A stretch of DNA of 64,000 nt, taken from the NCBI RefSeq assembly GCF_963921235.1, contig NC_086097.1, positions 214,770,001-214,834,000 of the forward strand. The letters are read 5' to 3'. The notes under the pieces are model-generated. The model did not search any database, had not been told where the DNA came from, and saw only the letters and a list, made by a program, of their open reading frames with translations. This document shows, in pieces, positions 1 to 11,303 of this stretch (positions within the stretch are counted from its first letter, which is position 1; each line of letters starts with the position of its first letter). The DNA comes from Mobula hypostoma. Its lineage: Eukaryota. A program made the position numbers and the translations under genes.

Positions 1-58
1 GATGTTTTACCGTGTTATTCCCCCTGCCCCCCCCCCAGAAAATAATTGTAACTGTTAA

Positions 59-148
59 GCAACACACATCAAAGTTGCTGGTGAACGCAGCAGGCCAGGC
101 AGCATCTCTCGGAAGAGGTACAGTCGACGTTTCAGGCCGAGACCCTCA
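59..148 (-). mobile_element. 90-bp Penelope-like element terminal fragment with truncated hammerhead
   Basis: Matches the PLE terminal sequence seen elsewhere in the window (GGGTCTCGGCCTGAAACGTCGACTG... on minus). Flanked by perfect 10-bp direct repeat TAACTGTTAA (49-58, 149-158). Confidence 0.85.
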
Positions 149-877
149 TAACTGTTAACCAATCTTGTTTCCAGCTTTTTTCTGAAGTAAATGGTATCCT
201 TAAAGGTCAATAGCAGTACCCCATTATCGATTTGTCAATTAAAAGTAATTAAGGCTTTGACTTTGTTGGAACCTTGCATTAACAGTATATCTCATTATTT
301 AAGAGGGGTTTTTTTTTGCTTCACTCTTCTACATATATAAACAACTTTAGGAATCAGAACCCGCAGTTTCAAGTTTTCCCTTTCTGAGCCAGAGAGTTGA
401 TTGATGTTGTAGGAACATAATTCTCAGTGAAAAGGTGCTAATAGTGGCTCTAACTTTCTACATCTAATTTAACTGGCAATTAGGATGCAAATACAGCAAC
501 TAGTGGAGAAACTCAGAGCAAACTGCCGCTTTCACGAGGCTGATGGCAGAGTGGTGCAGATCATCCAGCAATGTGGCAATTCGCGAATCACTGCCTGCCT
601 CTTCCTCAGCAGAAGATGTCAGATGATTTACACAGCAATAACGTCAGGCACATTTAAACTTGCCACAGCCATTATCTTGATAGTAAATTTATGTCCAGTG
701 ACAGGAAGCTTCTGGCAGAGGATAGATCCAGTTACTTGCTTGAGTGTCACTGTGAACTTGGCTCACTTTGACCTCACTGCATGTATTCCTCAAACCCCAA
801 TGTGTGATTTACTCTGTTCACTTGAGTAGATTTTGGCCTTATCTAACAGAGATATTAATCAGCTCAGTTTTTGAAAG

Positions 878-2990
878 ACTGAGTATATATCACCATATAC
901 TGCCTTGAGATTCATTTTCTTGGAGAGATATTTTCAATATTATTTCTAAGGTATTAAATATAGATATCTCTCCTCACCCTATTACTGCTATCTTTGGACT
1001 ACCTAAAATTTCTAGTAATCTTTCCCCTTCAGCCCGTAGAATGATTGCATTTCTTACTTTAATGGCGAAAAGATGTATTTTACAACATTGGAAAGAGCTT
1101 AATGCTCCAACTACCTTTTTTTGGTTTTCTCAGACGATTTTATGTTTGAATCTGGAGAAAATTAGAAGTAACCTTTATGATTCTTCATTTAAATTTGAAC
1201 AGATTTGGGGACCTTTTATTCGATATTTTCATTTAATGTAATATTTACCCTTCTTGTTTTCTCTTCACTGTTTTAATGGAGGTCGGGATTGAGGACGTGA
1301 TTTTAAGTTTAACTCTGTTTGGTTTCAAGTTAGCCCATTGCTTTGCTTTGCTTTTAGTTAGTTGCACGGTGGGTTTTTTTTTGGGGTTTTTTTTTTCTTT
1401 TTTTCCATTGATATATATAAAATCTAGTATACTATTATGTTATCTTGGTTTCTTATGCTTAAATTACATTGTTTGTAGTATTTTCTTTTTGGTATTGTTA
1501 TCTTTTGGAATTTTATTATACTTTAACATTGTATTAATGTTTATATGGCTTACCTTTTTTGTATACTTACTCAATAAAAAGATTTAAAAAGAAAGAAAGA
1601 GATTCATTTTCTTACAGTCATTTACAGGAAAAGAGGAAATAAAATAGAATTTTATTTTAAAAAAAAACTATACATAAATAGACTGGCAAACAACCAATGT
1701 GCAAAAGAAGCCAAACTGTCCAGATAAAAATAACGCCAAGAACATGAGTGTAAAGGATGCTTGAAATTGAGTCTATGTCGTCAAATCAGTTCAGAGTAGT
1801 GGTGAAAGAAGTTATCCACACCATTTCAAGGGCCTGATGATTGTAAGATAATGACTGTTCATGTCGTGCTGGTTGTGGGACCTAAGGCTTCTGTACCTCC
1901 TGCCTAATGGTAGTAGCAAGAGGAGGGTATGGCCTAGGTGGTGGTGGGGCGGGTTCTTTGATGATAGATGCTGCTTTCTTGTGGCCGCACTCCACGTAAA
2001 TGTACTCAGTGGTAATGAGGGCTTTGCCTGTGGATGGACTGGGCTGTGTCCAGCACTTTTTGTATTCTCTTCCATTCCTGGGCAGTGGTGTTTCGATACA
2101 AAGTTTGATGCAAGTAGTAAGGACACTCTTCACTGAGCATCCATAGAAATTTATTGAGTTACTTTGTGACGTTGAATCTCTCACAGTCTATTGAAGTCGA
2201 AGTGCTGTTGTGCCATCTTCGTGATGGCATTTATGTGCTGGTCCTAGATCCTTTTGTGTGTTAATGCTAAGGAATGTGAAGCTTCTAACCCTCTCCATCT
2301 CCATTCCCCTAATAAGGATTGGCTCATGGAACTCAATCTTCTTCCTCTTGTAGTCAATGATTATCTCTTTGATTTTGCTGATGTTGAGCAAGAGGATGTT
2401 GTTGAGATGCCACCCAGCCAGATTTTCATTCTCCCTCCTATATGCCAGTTCATCACCATCCTTGATTCGGCCAACAACAGTGCCATCACCAGCAAACTTA
2501 AATATGGCATTAGACCTATACTGAGCCAGACAATCGTAAGTGTAAAGTGAGTAGAGCAGAGAGCTAAACACACAGCCCTGTGGTTTACCTGCACTGATGT
2601 AGAGTGTGGAGGAAATGTAGTTGCCAATCCATACTGATTGGAGTCTGCTAGAGAGGAAATTGAGGATGCATTTGCACAGAGAGCTGCCGAGGCCCTGGTC
2701 TCAGAGCTTAGTGATGAGCTTCATGGGGTTCATTATATTGAATACTGAGCTGTAGTCAATGAAGAGCATCCTGATGTATGCATCTTCATTGTCCATGAAA
2801 TCACATCTGCTGTTCACCTGTTTTGATTGCAGGCAAATTGGAGTGTATCCTGCTCACTCCTGAGGCAAGGATTGTTATGCTTCATGGCCAACCTCTCGGA
2901 GTGCATCATCATGGTGGAAATAAGTGTTACTGGATGATAGTCAGTGCAGCAGGTTACCATGTTCTTCTTAGGAATTGATAAGATGGCCAC
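878..2990 (-). mobile_element. Decayed Rex1/Babar-type LINE (RT C-terminus + 3' UTR), interrupted by L1
   Basis: ORF 2188-2571 has [11 protein letters not shown]...[11 protein letters not shown] (decayed FADD motif) and [16 protein letters not shown] 1812-2126 has LLPLGRRYRSL. Boundaries approximate. Confidence 0.75.
922..1598 (+). mobile_element. 5'-truncated L1-type LINE (ORF2 C-terminus, T-rich 3' UTR, A-rich tail)
   Basis: ...AKRCILQHWK...LNLEKIR...FEQIWGPF resembles fish L1 ORF2 ends. AATAAA near 1573, A-rich tail, perfect 15-bp TSD GAGATTCATTTTCTT (907-921, 1599-1613). Confidence 0.85.
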
Positions 2991-2992
2991 AT

Positions 2993-3376
2993 TGATGCCC
3001 TCTGGTTGGGGTCAACCACGGATATTTGTCCCAGCTGTCTATGTGATAGTGAGGCAGTACGATAAGGAGGGCAAGCTGTTGCCAATGCAGCGGGCTCCCC
3101 CTCTCCATAAAGCTGATGAATCCAAAGAAATGGCAGAGACCCATACAGATTGGCATCAGTGGCGTCGAAAGAGTTGCCAGTCAATGTTGAACTCAACATA
3201 GTTAGGGTATCCAGATCCGGATCTTTCCTGGGGTTTACTCCTAAAGCCTTCCCCAATGAGTGGGTATAGCTTCAAGGCAGCAGAGGTTTGAGATCAGAGT
3301 TTTCCTTCTCCTAGATGAGCTGCCAACCACGGCTGACGAGCCCCATCTGCCTGAAACAAATAGTTTTATGGCGCCA
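2993..3376 (-). mobile_element. Non-autonomous RTE-derived element, 5'-truncated before the ribozyme
   Basis: 3130-3376 aligns by eye with the 5' UTR of the RTE at 21500-21730. Its 3' end resembles the RTE 3' end near 19650. Confidence 0.7.
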
Positions 3377-4455
3377 TATACAATCATGTGTAGTGGTTTT
3401 AATGGGAGTATTAACTTCCATGAAAACTGAATCAAGTAGAACGGCTTGTGAGGAAGTTCTTCAAATTCCATAGCGCATTAGTAACTTATTTTCTGCATCC
3501 AAGTCAACAAAGAGGCAGGCCAAAATAGATTTAAAAATATCTATTCCTGATCTATTTAGCAAGCAAGTAATAAATGAGTTGTACTGAATAGTGATTATAA
3601 AATCAGAGTTCAGTAGAGTGTCTGAAAAGAAGAAATACAAAACTGCAACTCAGCTTCTTGTTTGGGTAAGTCGAACTCCCAGATATCAAATGTGGTAAAG
3701 TAAATATATTTTTAAAAGTAAAACAACAGATCAGTGGGGAGTGTTCAGAAATAAATTTAGCATGGTACAAGAGGCTAGGTTTTTAGCCTCTTCATAGATA
3801 AGTAGACCACAGAAGCAGACCCTTCAGCTCATCTAGTCCCTGCCAAAAACCATTTAAACTGCCTGGTCCCATCGACCTGCTCTGGGACCAAAGCCCTCCA
3901 TATCACTACCATCCAAATACCTATCCAAACTTCTTTTTCACATTGAGATCAAGCTCGCATGCATCATTTGTGCTGCCAGCTCATTCCACATTCCCACGAC
4001 CTTCCAAATGAAGAAGATTCCCCTCATGATCCCCTTAAAATTCTCACCTTTTACCCTTAACCCATGACCTCTGATTGTAGTCCCACCCAAACTCAATGGA
4101 AAAAAAACTCTTGCATTTACTCTGTCTATACCCCTCATAATTTTGTATACCTCTATCAAATCTCCTCTCAATCTTCTATGTTCTGAAGAATACAGTCCTA
4201 ACCTATTCAATCTTTCCTTCTAACTCAGGTCCTTCAGACCCGGCAACATCCTTGTAAATTTTCTCTGCACTTTTTCAATTTTGTTTACATCTTTCCTGTA
4301 AGTAGGTAAACAAAACTGCACCCAGTACTCCAAATGAGGCCTCAACAATGTCTTATACAACTTTAACATAACATCCCATCTCCTGAACTCAATACATTGA
4401 TTTATGAAGACCAATGTGCCAAAAGCTTTCTTTACAACCATATCTACCTGTGTCA

Positions 4456-4638
4456 GGGGTTGTCAGGGTGGGGTAGCACCTCTGGTGGGGGAACGTGTCC
4501 CGTCCTTTTCAGGGCGGTTTGTCCACCTTTGGTCCCCACCTGGCACTCAGCTCTCACCTGTGGCTCCCCGTAGCTGTTTGCATGCGACAGCGGCCACACC
4601 CCGGGCAACGGCTTCAACAAGCCGGCTAAACCAGGTGA
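4456..4638 (+). ncRNA. HDV-like self-cleaving ribozyme (predicted) with extra L3 hairpin
   Basis: P2 TCACCTG 4554-60/CAGGTGA 4632-38; P3 TGGC 4561-64/GCCA 4593-96; L3 TCCCCGTA; P1 3' CACCCC 4597-4602; P1.1 GG; GCAA; P4 CGGCTT/AAGCCG; J4/2 G-C4626-TAA. The register of the P1 5' strand is ambiguous. Confidence 0.75.
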
Positions 4639-4954
4639 AGGTAGCCTATGGGTCTCAAACCCTCGGTGAGTTAGGGAGTTGTCTATCCCAGCATGTGTAG
4701 ACAGATTCCGGCGGATTGAGCGGACGAGACCAATGGAAGGTCCAACGGTCAAGAAGGTGGTCTCTGCAAGCGTCGTGGAACGCGTAGAGCATGACAAGAC
4801 ACAGAAGGTGTCCCGGTCATCCACTGCGCCTAGTCCTATCTCCAGCCTTGCCTTGCCATTGGATCCAGATGGGAACTGGGAAGAGAGAGTGAGGCTGACG
4901 CTACGTAACTCTTCCTCACTTAAATCCAAATCAAACGCTAGTCTCGACACCATC

Positions 4955-5100
4955 AGCCGGCTGGTGGCGCAGTGACATCAGTGCCGGACTCCAGGAGCGA
5001 AGGTTCCCGAGTTCAAATCCAGGTGAGCCGCCCCAGGGCACGCTTTCCACCTGTGCTGGGTTGAGTGTTGAGCTAGCAACTCGACCTCGTAAAAAATACT
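4955..5100 (+). mobile_element. tRNA-derived SINE (tRNA-Trp-like head) nested in the 4453-5140 element
   Basis: A box TGGCGCAGTGA 4965-75, B box GAGTTCAAATCC 5009-20, GACTCCAG anticodon-loop-like motif, short A tail. Confidence 0.75.
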
Positions 5101-8100
5101 AATGGTGTTGAGGTCTTCATCGATGACGATGGACGAACCTTATCTACCTGTGACTCCACTTTCAGTGAATTACAGTGTGGACCTGTATTCCCAGATCCCT
5201 TTGTTCTACCACACTCCTCAGTGCCCTACTGGTCACTGTGTAAGACCTACCTTGGTTGGTCCTACTGAAGTACAAAAGCTGGCTCTTGTCTGCATTAAAT
5301 TCCATCTGCCATTTCTCAGCCCATTTTTCCAGCTGATGCAGATCCCTCTGCAAGCCACGATAGCCTTTCTTACAGCCCACTGCACCTCCAGTCATCCAGA
5401 TCATTGATATAGATGACAAACAATAAAGGACCCAGCATTGATCCCGGCGTACACCACTAGTCACAGGCCTCCAGTCAGAGAAGTAACCCTCTACTACCAC
5501 TCTCTGGCTTCTCCCACAAAGCCAACGTCTAATCCAATTTACCACCTCACCCTGAATGCCGAATGACTGAACCTTCCCAACCAACCTCCCACGAGGGATC
5601 TTGTCAAATGCCTTACTGAAGTCCATGTAAACAACTTCCACTGCCTTGCCTTCATCCACTTTCCTGGTAACTTCCTCGAAGAGCTCCATAAGGCTGGTTA
5701 GACATGACCTACCATGCTAACTATTCTTAATCAGTCCATGTCTATCCAAATATTTATATAACCAAGCCCTTAGAATATCTTCCGATAACTTTCCCACAAC
5801 TGATGTCAGACTCGCCGGCCTGTAATTTTCTGCTGTCTGTTTAGAGCCTTTTTTAAACAGCAGAACAACATTGACAATCCTCCAATCCTCTGGTATCTCT
5901 GCTGTCGCTAAGGATGATTTAAATATCTCTGTAAGTGCCCTGACAATTTTGCACTTGTCTCTTGTAGGGTCCGAGGGAACACCATGTCAGGCCTTTGGGA
6001 TTTATCCACCCTAATTTGCCTCAGTGTAGCAAACACCTCCTCCTCTGTAATCTGTACACAGTCCATGAAGTTGATGCCGCTTTGCCTCACTTCTATAGAC
6101 TCTCTATTCATCTCCCAAGTAAATACAGATGCAAAGAATGCATTTAAGATCTCCGCCATTTGTTTTGGCTCCACACATGTATTGCCATTCTGGTCTTCCA
6201 GAGGACCAATTTTGTCCCTTGCAATCCTTTTGTTCTTAACATATCTGTAGAATCCCTTAGGATTCTCCTTCAGCTTTTCTGCTTGAGCAACTTCATGCCT
6301 TTTTTTTCTTAAGCCTTCCTGATTTCTTTCTTAAGTCTTCCTGATTTCTTTCTTAAGTTTTCTCTTGCATGTCTTGTACTCCATAAGCATCTCAATTGTT
6401 CTTACTTGCCTATACTTCCTAGGCATCTCCTTTTTCACTTAACCAGAGCCTCAATATCTCTTGAAAACCAAAGTTCCCTACACTCTTTACCATTTCCTTT
6501 TATTCTGACGGGCACATACAAGCTTTGTACTCTTTAAATTTCACTTTTGAAGACCTCCCACTTTCCAAGTACACCTTTGCCAGAAAATGTACTTGCCCGA
6601 TCAGTTCTGATACCATCAAAATTGGCCTTTCTCCAATTTAGAATGACAACCTGCAGACCAACCTATCTTTTTGCATATTTTACTTTGAAACTAATAGCAT
6701 TGTAGTCAGTGGATGCAAAGTGATCCCCTGCACAAACTTCTGTCACCTGCCCTGTCTCATTCCCTAATAGCAGATCCAGTGTCACATGCTCTCTCATTAC
6801 GACTTCTATGTACTAATGCAGGAAACCTTCTTGAACACATTTGACAAACTCTTTTCCATCTAGTCCTTTTACGACATGGGATTCCCAGTCAATACGTGGA
6901 AAGTTAAAATCACCTACTATAACAACCTTATGTTTCTTTCAACAGTCTGTGATCTCTTTAGAAATTTGTTCCACTAAATCCCTAGGACTGTTGGGTGGTC
7001 TGTAACATAGCCCCATTAACGTGGTCATAACTTTCTTCTTTCTCACTTCTACCCACAATGCCTCCCTAGTCAAGTTCTCTGTCCTGTCAGAACACTGCCA
7101 TGACATTTTCCAGACTAGTAACACCATCCCTTCTCCTTTAATCCCTCCCATTCTGTCAAATCTAAAACAATGGAACTCTTGAATATTGAGCTGCCAGTCC
7201 TGCTCCGGCAACCAAATCTCACTAGTGGCTACAAAATCATAATTCCAGGTGTTGATCCATGCACTGAGCTCATCCACATTTCCTACGCTATTTCTTGCAT
7301 TGAAATATATGCAGCTCAGGACACTAGTCACACCACACCCAACCTTTGATTCCGACTTTGTCTGAGGTCTTATCAACATCTGCCTCCACAACCTTTCCAC
7401 TAACTATTCGGACACTCTGGCTCCCATCCCCTTGTTACTGTAGCTTAAACTCCACCATGCACTATTGAACAAACCTTCCTGCTAGGATATTAGTCCCCCT
7501 CCAGTTCAGGTGCAAACTGTCCCTTCCCAACTTCCCTGGAAGGGAGCCCAATGATCCAAAAATCAGATGCCCTATGTCCTACACCAACTACTTAACTATG
7601 TATTAAACTGCATAATCTTCCTCGTTCTGGCCTCACTAGCACATGACACAGGTAACAATCCTGAGATCACAACCCTGGAGGTCCTGCCCTTTAACTAAGC
7701 ACCTTATTCCCTGAACTCCCTATGCAGAGACTCTTCACTCGTCCTACTCATGTCATTGGTATCTACATGGACCACAAGCACTGGCTGTTCACCACCCTAC
7801 TTAAGAATGCTGAGGACTTGATCTGAGATTTCCCTGACTCTGGCACCTGGGAGGCAACATACCATCCAGGAATCTTGTTATCGCCCATAGAACCTCCTGT
7901 CTGTTCCCCTAATCAATGAATGCCATATCACCACAGCATACCTCTTCTCTCCCTTCCCTTCTGAGCCACAGAGCCAGACTCTGTGCCAAAGACCGCTGTG
8001 ATCTTCCTCTGTTAGGTCATATCCTCACCCCCCCCCCCAACAGTATCTAAAATGATCCAAATTATATGTACCTGTTGTTGAGGGGGATGGCCACAGGGCT

Positions 8101-8789
8101 GCTCTGCACTGGCTCCTTAACCCTTTCCCCTTCCTGACTATCACCCAGTTTCCTGTGTCCTGCACCTTGGGTGTAACTACCCCTCCATATGTCCTATCTA
8201 TCACCCCTTCAGACTCCCGAATGATCCCGAGTTCATACAGATCCAGCTCCAGCTCCTAACATGGATTGTTAGAAGCTGCAGCTGGGTGCACTTCTTGCAG
8301 TTGTAGTCATCAGGGACACTGGAGGTCTCCCTGCCTTTCTACATCCAGCAAGAGGAGTATTCAGCTATCCTTCCTGGCATCTTTGCTGTCCTAACTGAGC
8401 AGATATAAAGAAGGGAAGGAAAACAAACAGAACGTTGAGCTTTTCTTTTCTTTGCTTTCTCTGACAGAAGCCTCTGAGAGCAAAAGCCTCACTATCAACA
8501 ATAACTCTGCCCACTCAGATGACAGCCACTGCACTTGCCTTTGCCTTCCTTAAATATACTCACGCTTATGAATCCCAGACACGGACTGGTCACTGGTCAA
8601 AGCTCAATGACACTGCCGTGGTCTGCTGCTACCTTTTTCTACTCGAGCAGTGGGCCTGAGTGAAATCCTCTCCTCTCAAACTCCCAATGTCTAGACTGGT
8701 CACTGGTGAAAGCCCAAACCTGCAACAAAATACTGAAAGAGAACACAAAAAAATATTAAGAACTATCATAGACCCTGGTGACTGGAAGT

Positions 8790-9402
8790 TAGAGTTAGCA
8801 TTAGGAAGGCAAATGCAATATTACATTGTTCAAGAGGGCAAGAATATCAAAGCAGGGATGTAATATTCAGGCTTCATAAGGTATTGGTCAGACTGCACTT
8901 GGAGTATTGTGAGCAATTTTGGGCCCCGTATCTATGAAAGAATGTGCTGTCATTGGTTGTTCACAAGAATGACTCTGGGAATGAAAGGGTTAACATATGA
9001 GGAGCGTTTCTGTACTGGCTGATGTCTCGAAAATGAGGGGAGATCTCTTTCCAACCTTTTGAATATTTAAAGACCTAGATAGATTGACTGTGGAGAGAAT
9101 GTTTCCTATACTAGGGGAGTCCAGAACCAGACGGCACAGCCTCAGACCAGAGAGAAGTCACTTTAGAACTGAGATGAGAAGGAACTTTTTTAGCCAGAGG
9201 GTGGTGAATCTGTGGAATTCATTGCCACACACAGCTGTGGAGGCCAATTCATTGGTTATACTTAAAGGGGAGGTTGATAGTTTCTTGATTAGTAAGGGTA
9301 TCAAAGGTTACTGGGAGAAAGCAGAAGAATGGGGTTGAGGGGGATAATATATCAGCCATGATGGAATGGTGGAGCAGACTTGGTGGGCTGAATGGTCTGT
9401 TG
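8790..9402 (+). mobile_element. CR1 3' fragment
   Basis: ORF 9084-9338 RRNFFSQRVVNLWNSLP followed by a typical CR1 3' UTR. Confidence 0.85.
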
Positions 9403-9600
9403 TCTTCAGTGTAATTGCAAACATGTGTAAACATTACCCAGCATTAGTGCTCACTGAGGAGGATTTTGTGGTCTCTGCTGGGAAGGATTTCCTGATTGTC
9501 TGCCATCAGGATGGGCATTCCTTTGAAATCTCAGTATCTCCTCTGAAATTTCAAAACTATCTCTTACATCTCAGACCAAATTATATTGTTTTCCACAAAC

Positions 9601-9769
9601 CGTAGTATAATGAGCTGCCAATATCTTCTTCGTGTAGAGCTATAGAAAGGTTGTTGTCCAAGGGAGAAGAGAGTTGGGTTCTTGGTTTTGTGCAACATTT
9701 GAAAGGAAGCACAGCCATCAGTATCATCGTCAACACAATTGTACCAAATTCAGTAGTAAAATCTTTCAT
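9601..9769 (-). CDS. Candidate first coding exon of an unidentified secreted protein (signal-peptide-like)
   Basis: CTTTAG|ATG start, 56 open codons with hydrophobic core TIVLTMILMAVLPF, ending at G|GTTTGT. Lies in repeat-free sequence. No homology recognised. Confidence 0.3.
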
Positions 9770-10011
9770 CTAAAGATTCAATCCAACTCCCAAGGCAAGA
9801 GATACAAGACCAAAATCAAGATTTAACCACAATTAATAAATATGTTTTATAAATTGCAAAGCCTAATTCAGACTCGAGCATTCTTTACCCCAGATTCTGT
9901 GTATACCTGACATTATTTGATTTTCATATCTCTCCATGTTCAGTTGTGTGTAAAAGTAGATGTTTATTTGGCTCTCTTGAAGATGCCAATAAGTGCTTTC
10001 TATTGCAAGGA

Positions 10012-10145
10012 TTTTTATATATATCCATTCTTCTTCAGTGGAAAGAAATGTGTTTTTTTATTTATTGTCTTGCTTGAGGCTTGTAATTTTAATCCCGTGT
10101 CTTTTAGTTCTATGCTCCGAAGAGAAATAGGCAGCTTATAATTGG
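10012..10145 (-). promoter_or_regulatory. Candidate TATA box and CCAAT box for the antisense candidate gene
   Basis: Minus-strand TATATAAAAA at about 10012-10023 and CCAAT at 10141-10145, upstream of a CAG|GTATAC donor at 9907/9906. Confidence 0.25.
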
Positions 10146-11180
10146 CACTACCTAATAAATAGAGAAAAATATTACTTTTACACCGTGCTTTATCAGATCT
10201 CTTAGTACAGCCCAAAACATTTAACATCCAATGAGCTTGTTTTTGCAGTTATTATTCTTTTGTGGACCAATGCACTTTTCACACAGCAGTGAACTATTAT
10301 TTTGCAACATTTGCATCTATCGCTGCTACATTCAAAGTTATTGTGTCCATATTTATGATGAGGGTTTATCATAAAATTGTTTTATCAGAATTACAACTTC
10401 CCATTACCGATAATAATATTGAACTTGGTTTGCACCTCCATGAACAGAAAGTTCAATAATTCAACTAATCACTTCTTAAATAGGAAGGTAGTGGTGTTCA
10501 CGTTTTGTGCATAATCATACCTTACACAACTATAGATGGTGTATGGAACAAGCTTGGACGATACTACGAAGCTAGCTGGTTATATTTAATCACAGCTTTA
10601 AATTTGACACTGATAGGTGTTAGGAAGACCATCACAGAAGGAGGAGACTGCAGAATAATTACAGATAGAGATTTCCAAGTGTTATTAGGACTTGGTGATC
10701 TTTAAGTTGGCACCATTTAAAGATTGAGTAAACTGGCATTAAACCTTAAATGGGAACCAAACTGAGAGCAAGACAATCACAGAGGTGGTTGTGAAGTTAC
10801 TGCTTGAAGGTTGTTAGAATTCACCTTCTGTCTTGCCAAGACTTGCAGTCCACATCCCAGTGTTGCATATCCATGCGTGTTGAGGAATGTGCTAATAGTT
10901 AAAGTTGTGCTGCAAAGTCTGAATGGGGAAAGGTCACAATGCAGTGCCCAACCCTTCATCATTACATAGTGAGGAGCTGGAATCATCATGAAAATCCTTA
11001 TTCAAATACATGTAAATGAAAAGTGCTCTCTTATTAACATAAAATGAATGATACAGTTGTACTAGGAATGGTGACCCATGAAAACACTTTTTAATATATT
11101 AGCAAATATTACGAATAATCTACTGTTCTTGAAAAAAACGTGGAGATGTTTGTGAAGCAAAGCTTATTAGATTTTCAAGA

Positions 11181-11303
11181 TCAAACAACAGGAATTCTGC
11201 AGATGCTGGAAATTCAAGCAACACACATCAAAGTTGCTGGTGAACGCAGCAGGCCAAGCAGCATCTCTAGGAAGAGGTGCAGTCGACGTTTCAGGCCGAG
11301 ACG
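11181..11303 (-). mobile_element. Penelope-like terminal fragment truncated in hammerhead stem II
   Basis: Same family as 59-148 and 33941-34140. Abuts a decayed Rex1/Babar fragment (about 11304-11600). Confidence 0.85.

Larger units (their letters stand above)
4453..5140 (+). mobile_element. Non-coding RTE-type short retroelement with 5' HDV-like ribozyme
   Basis: Perfect 12-bp TSD TATCTACCTGTG (4441-4452, 5141-5152) inside CR1. GC-rich, no recognisable protein. RTE dependence is inferred. Confidence 0.8.
3793..8720 (-). mobile_element. Near full-length decayed CR1 LINE (5' UTR, ORF1, APE-RT ORF2, 3' UTR)
   Basis: ORF fragments: CIYFNARN/YRPPN (APE), VVYMDFSKAFDKI (RT), YKTLLRPHLEY and LRGDLIEVYKIM (C-terminal). 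Split by the 4453-5140 insertion. Confidence 0.9.

Noticed and set aside
485..829. 114-aa plus-strand ORF as a gene
   Set aside because: No recognisable homology or convincing splice context; the length is compatible with chance.
1276..1587. Very hydrophobic 103-aa ORF resembling a membrane protein
   Set aside because: Artefact of the T-rich L1 3' UTR lying inside the TSD.
6313..6357. 22-bp tandem duplication
   Set aside because: Ordinary slippage inside a dead CR1.
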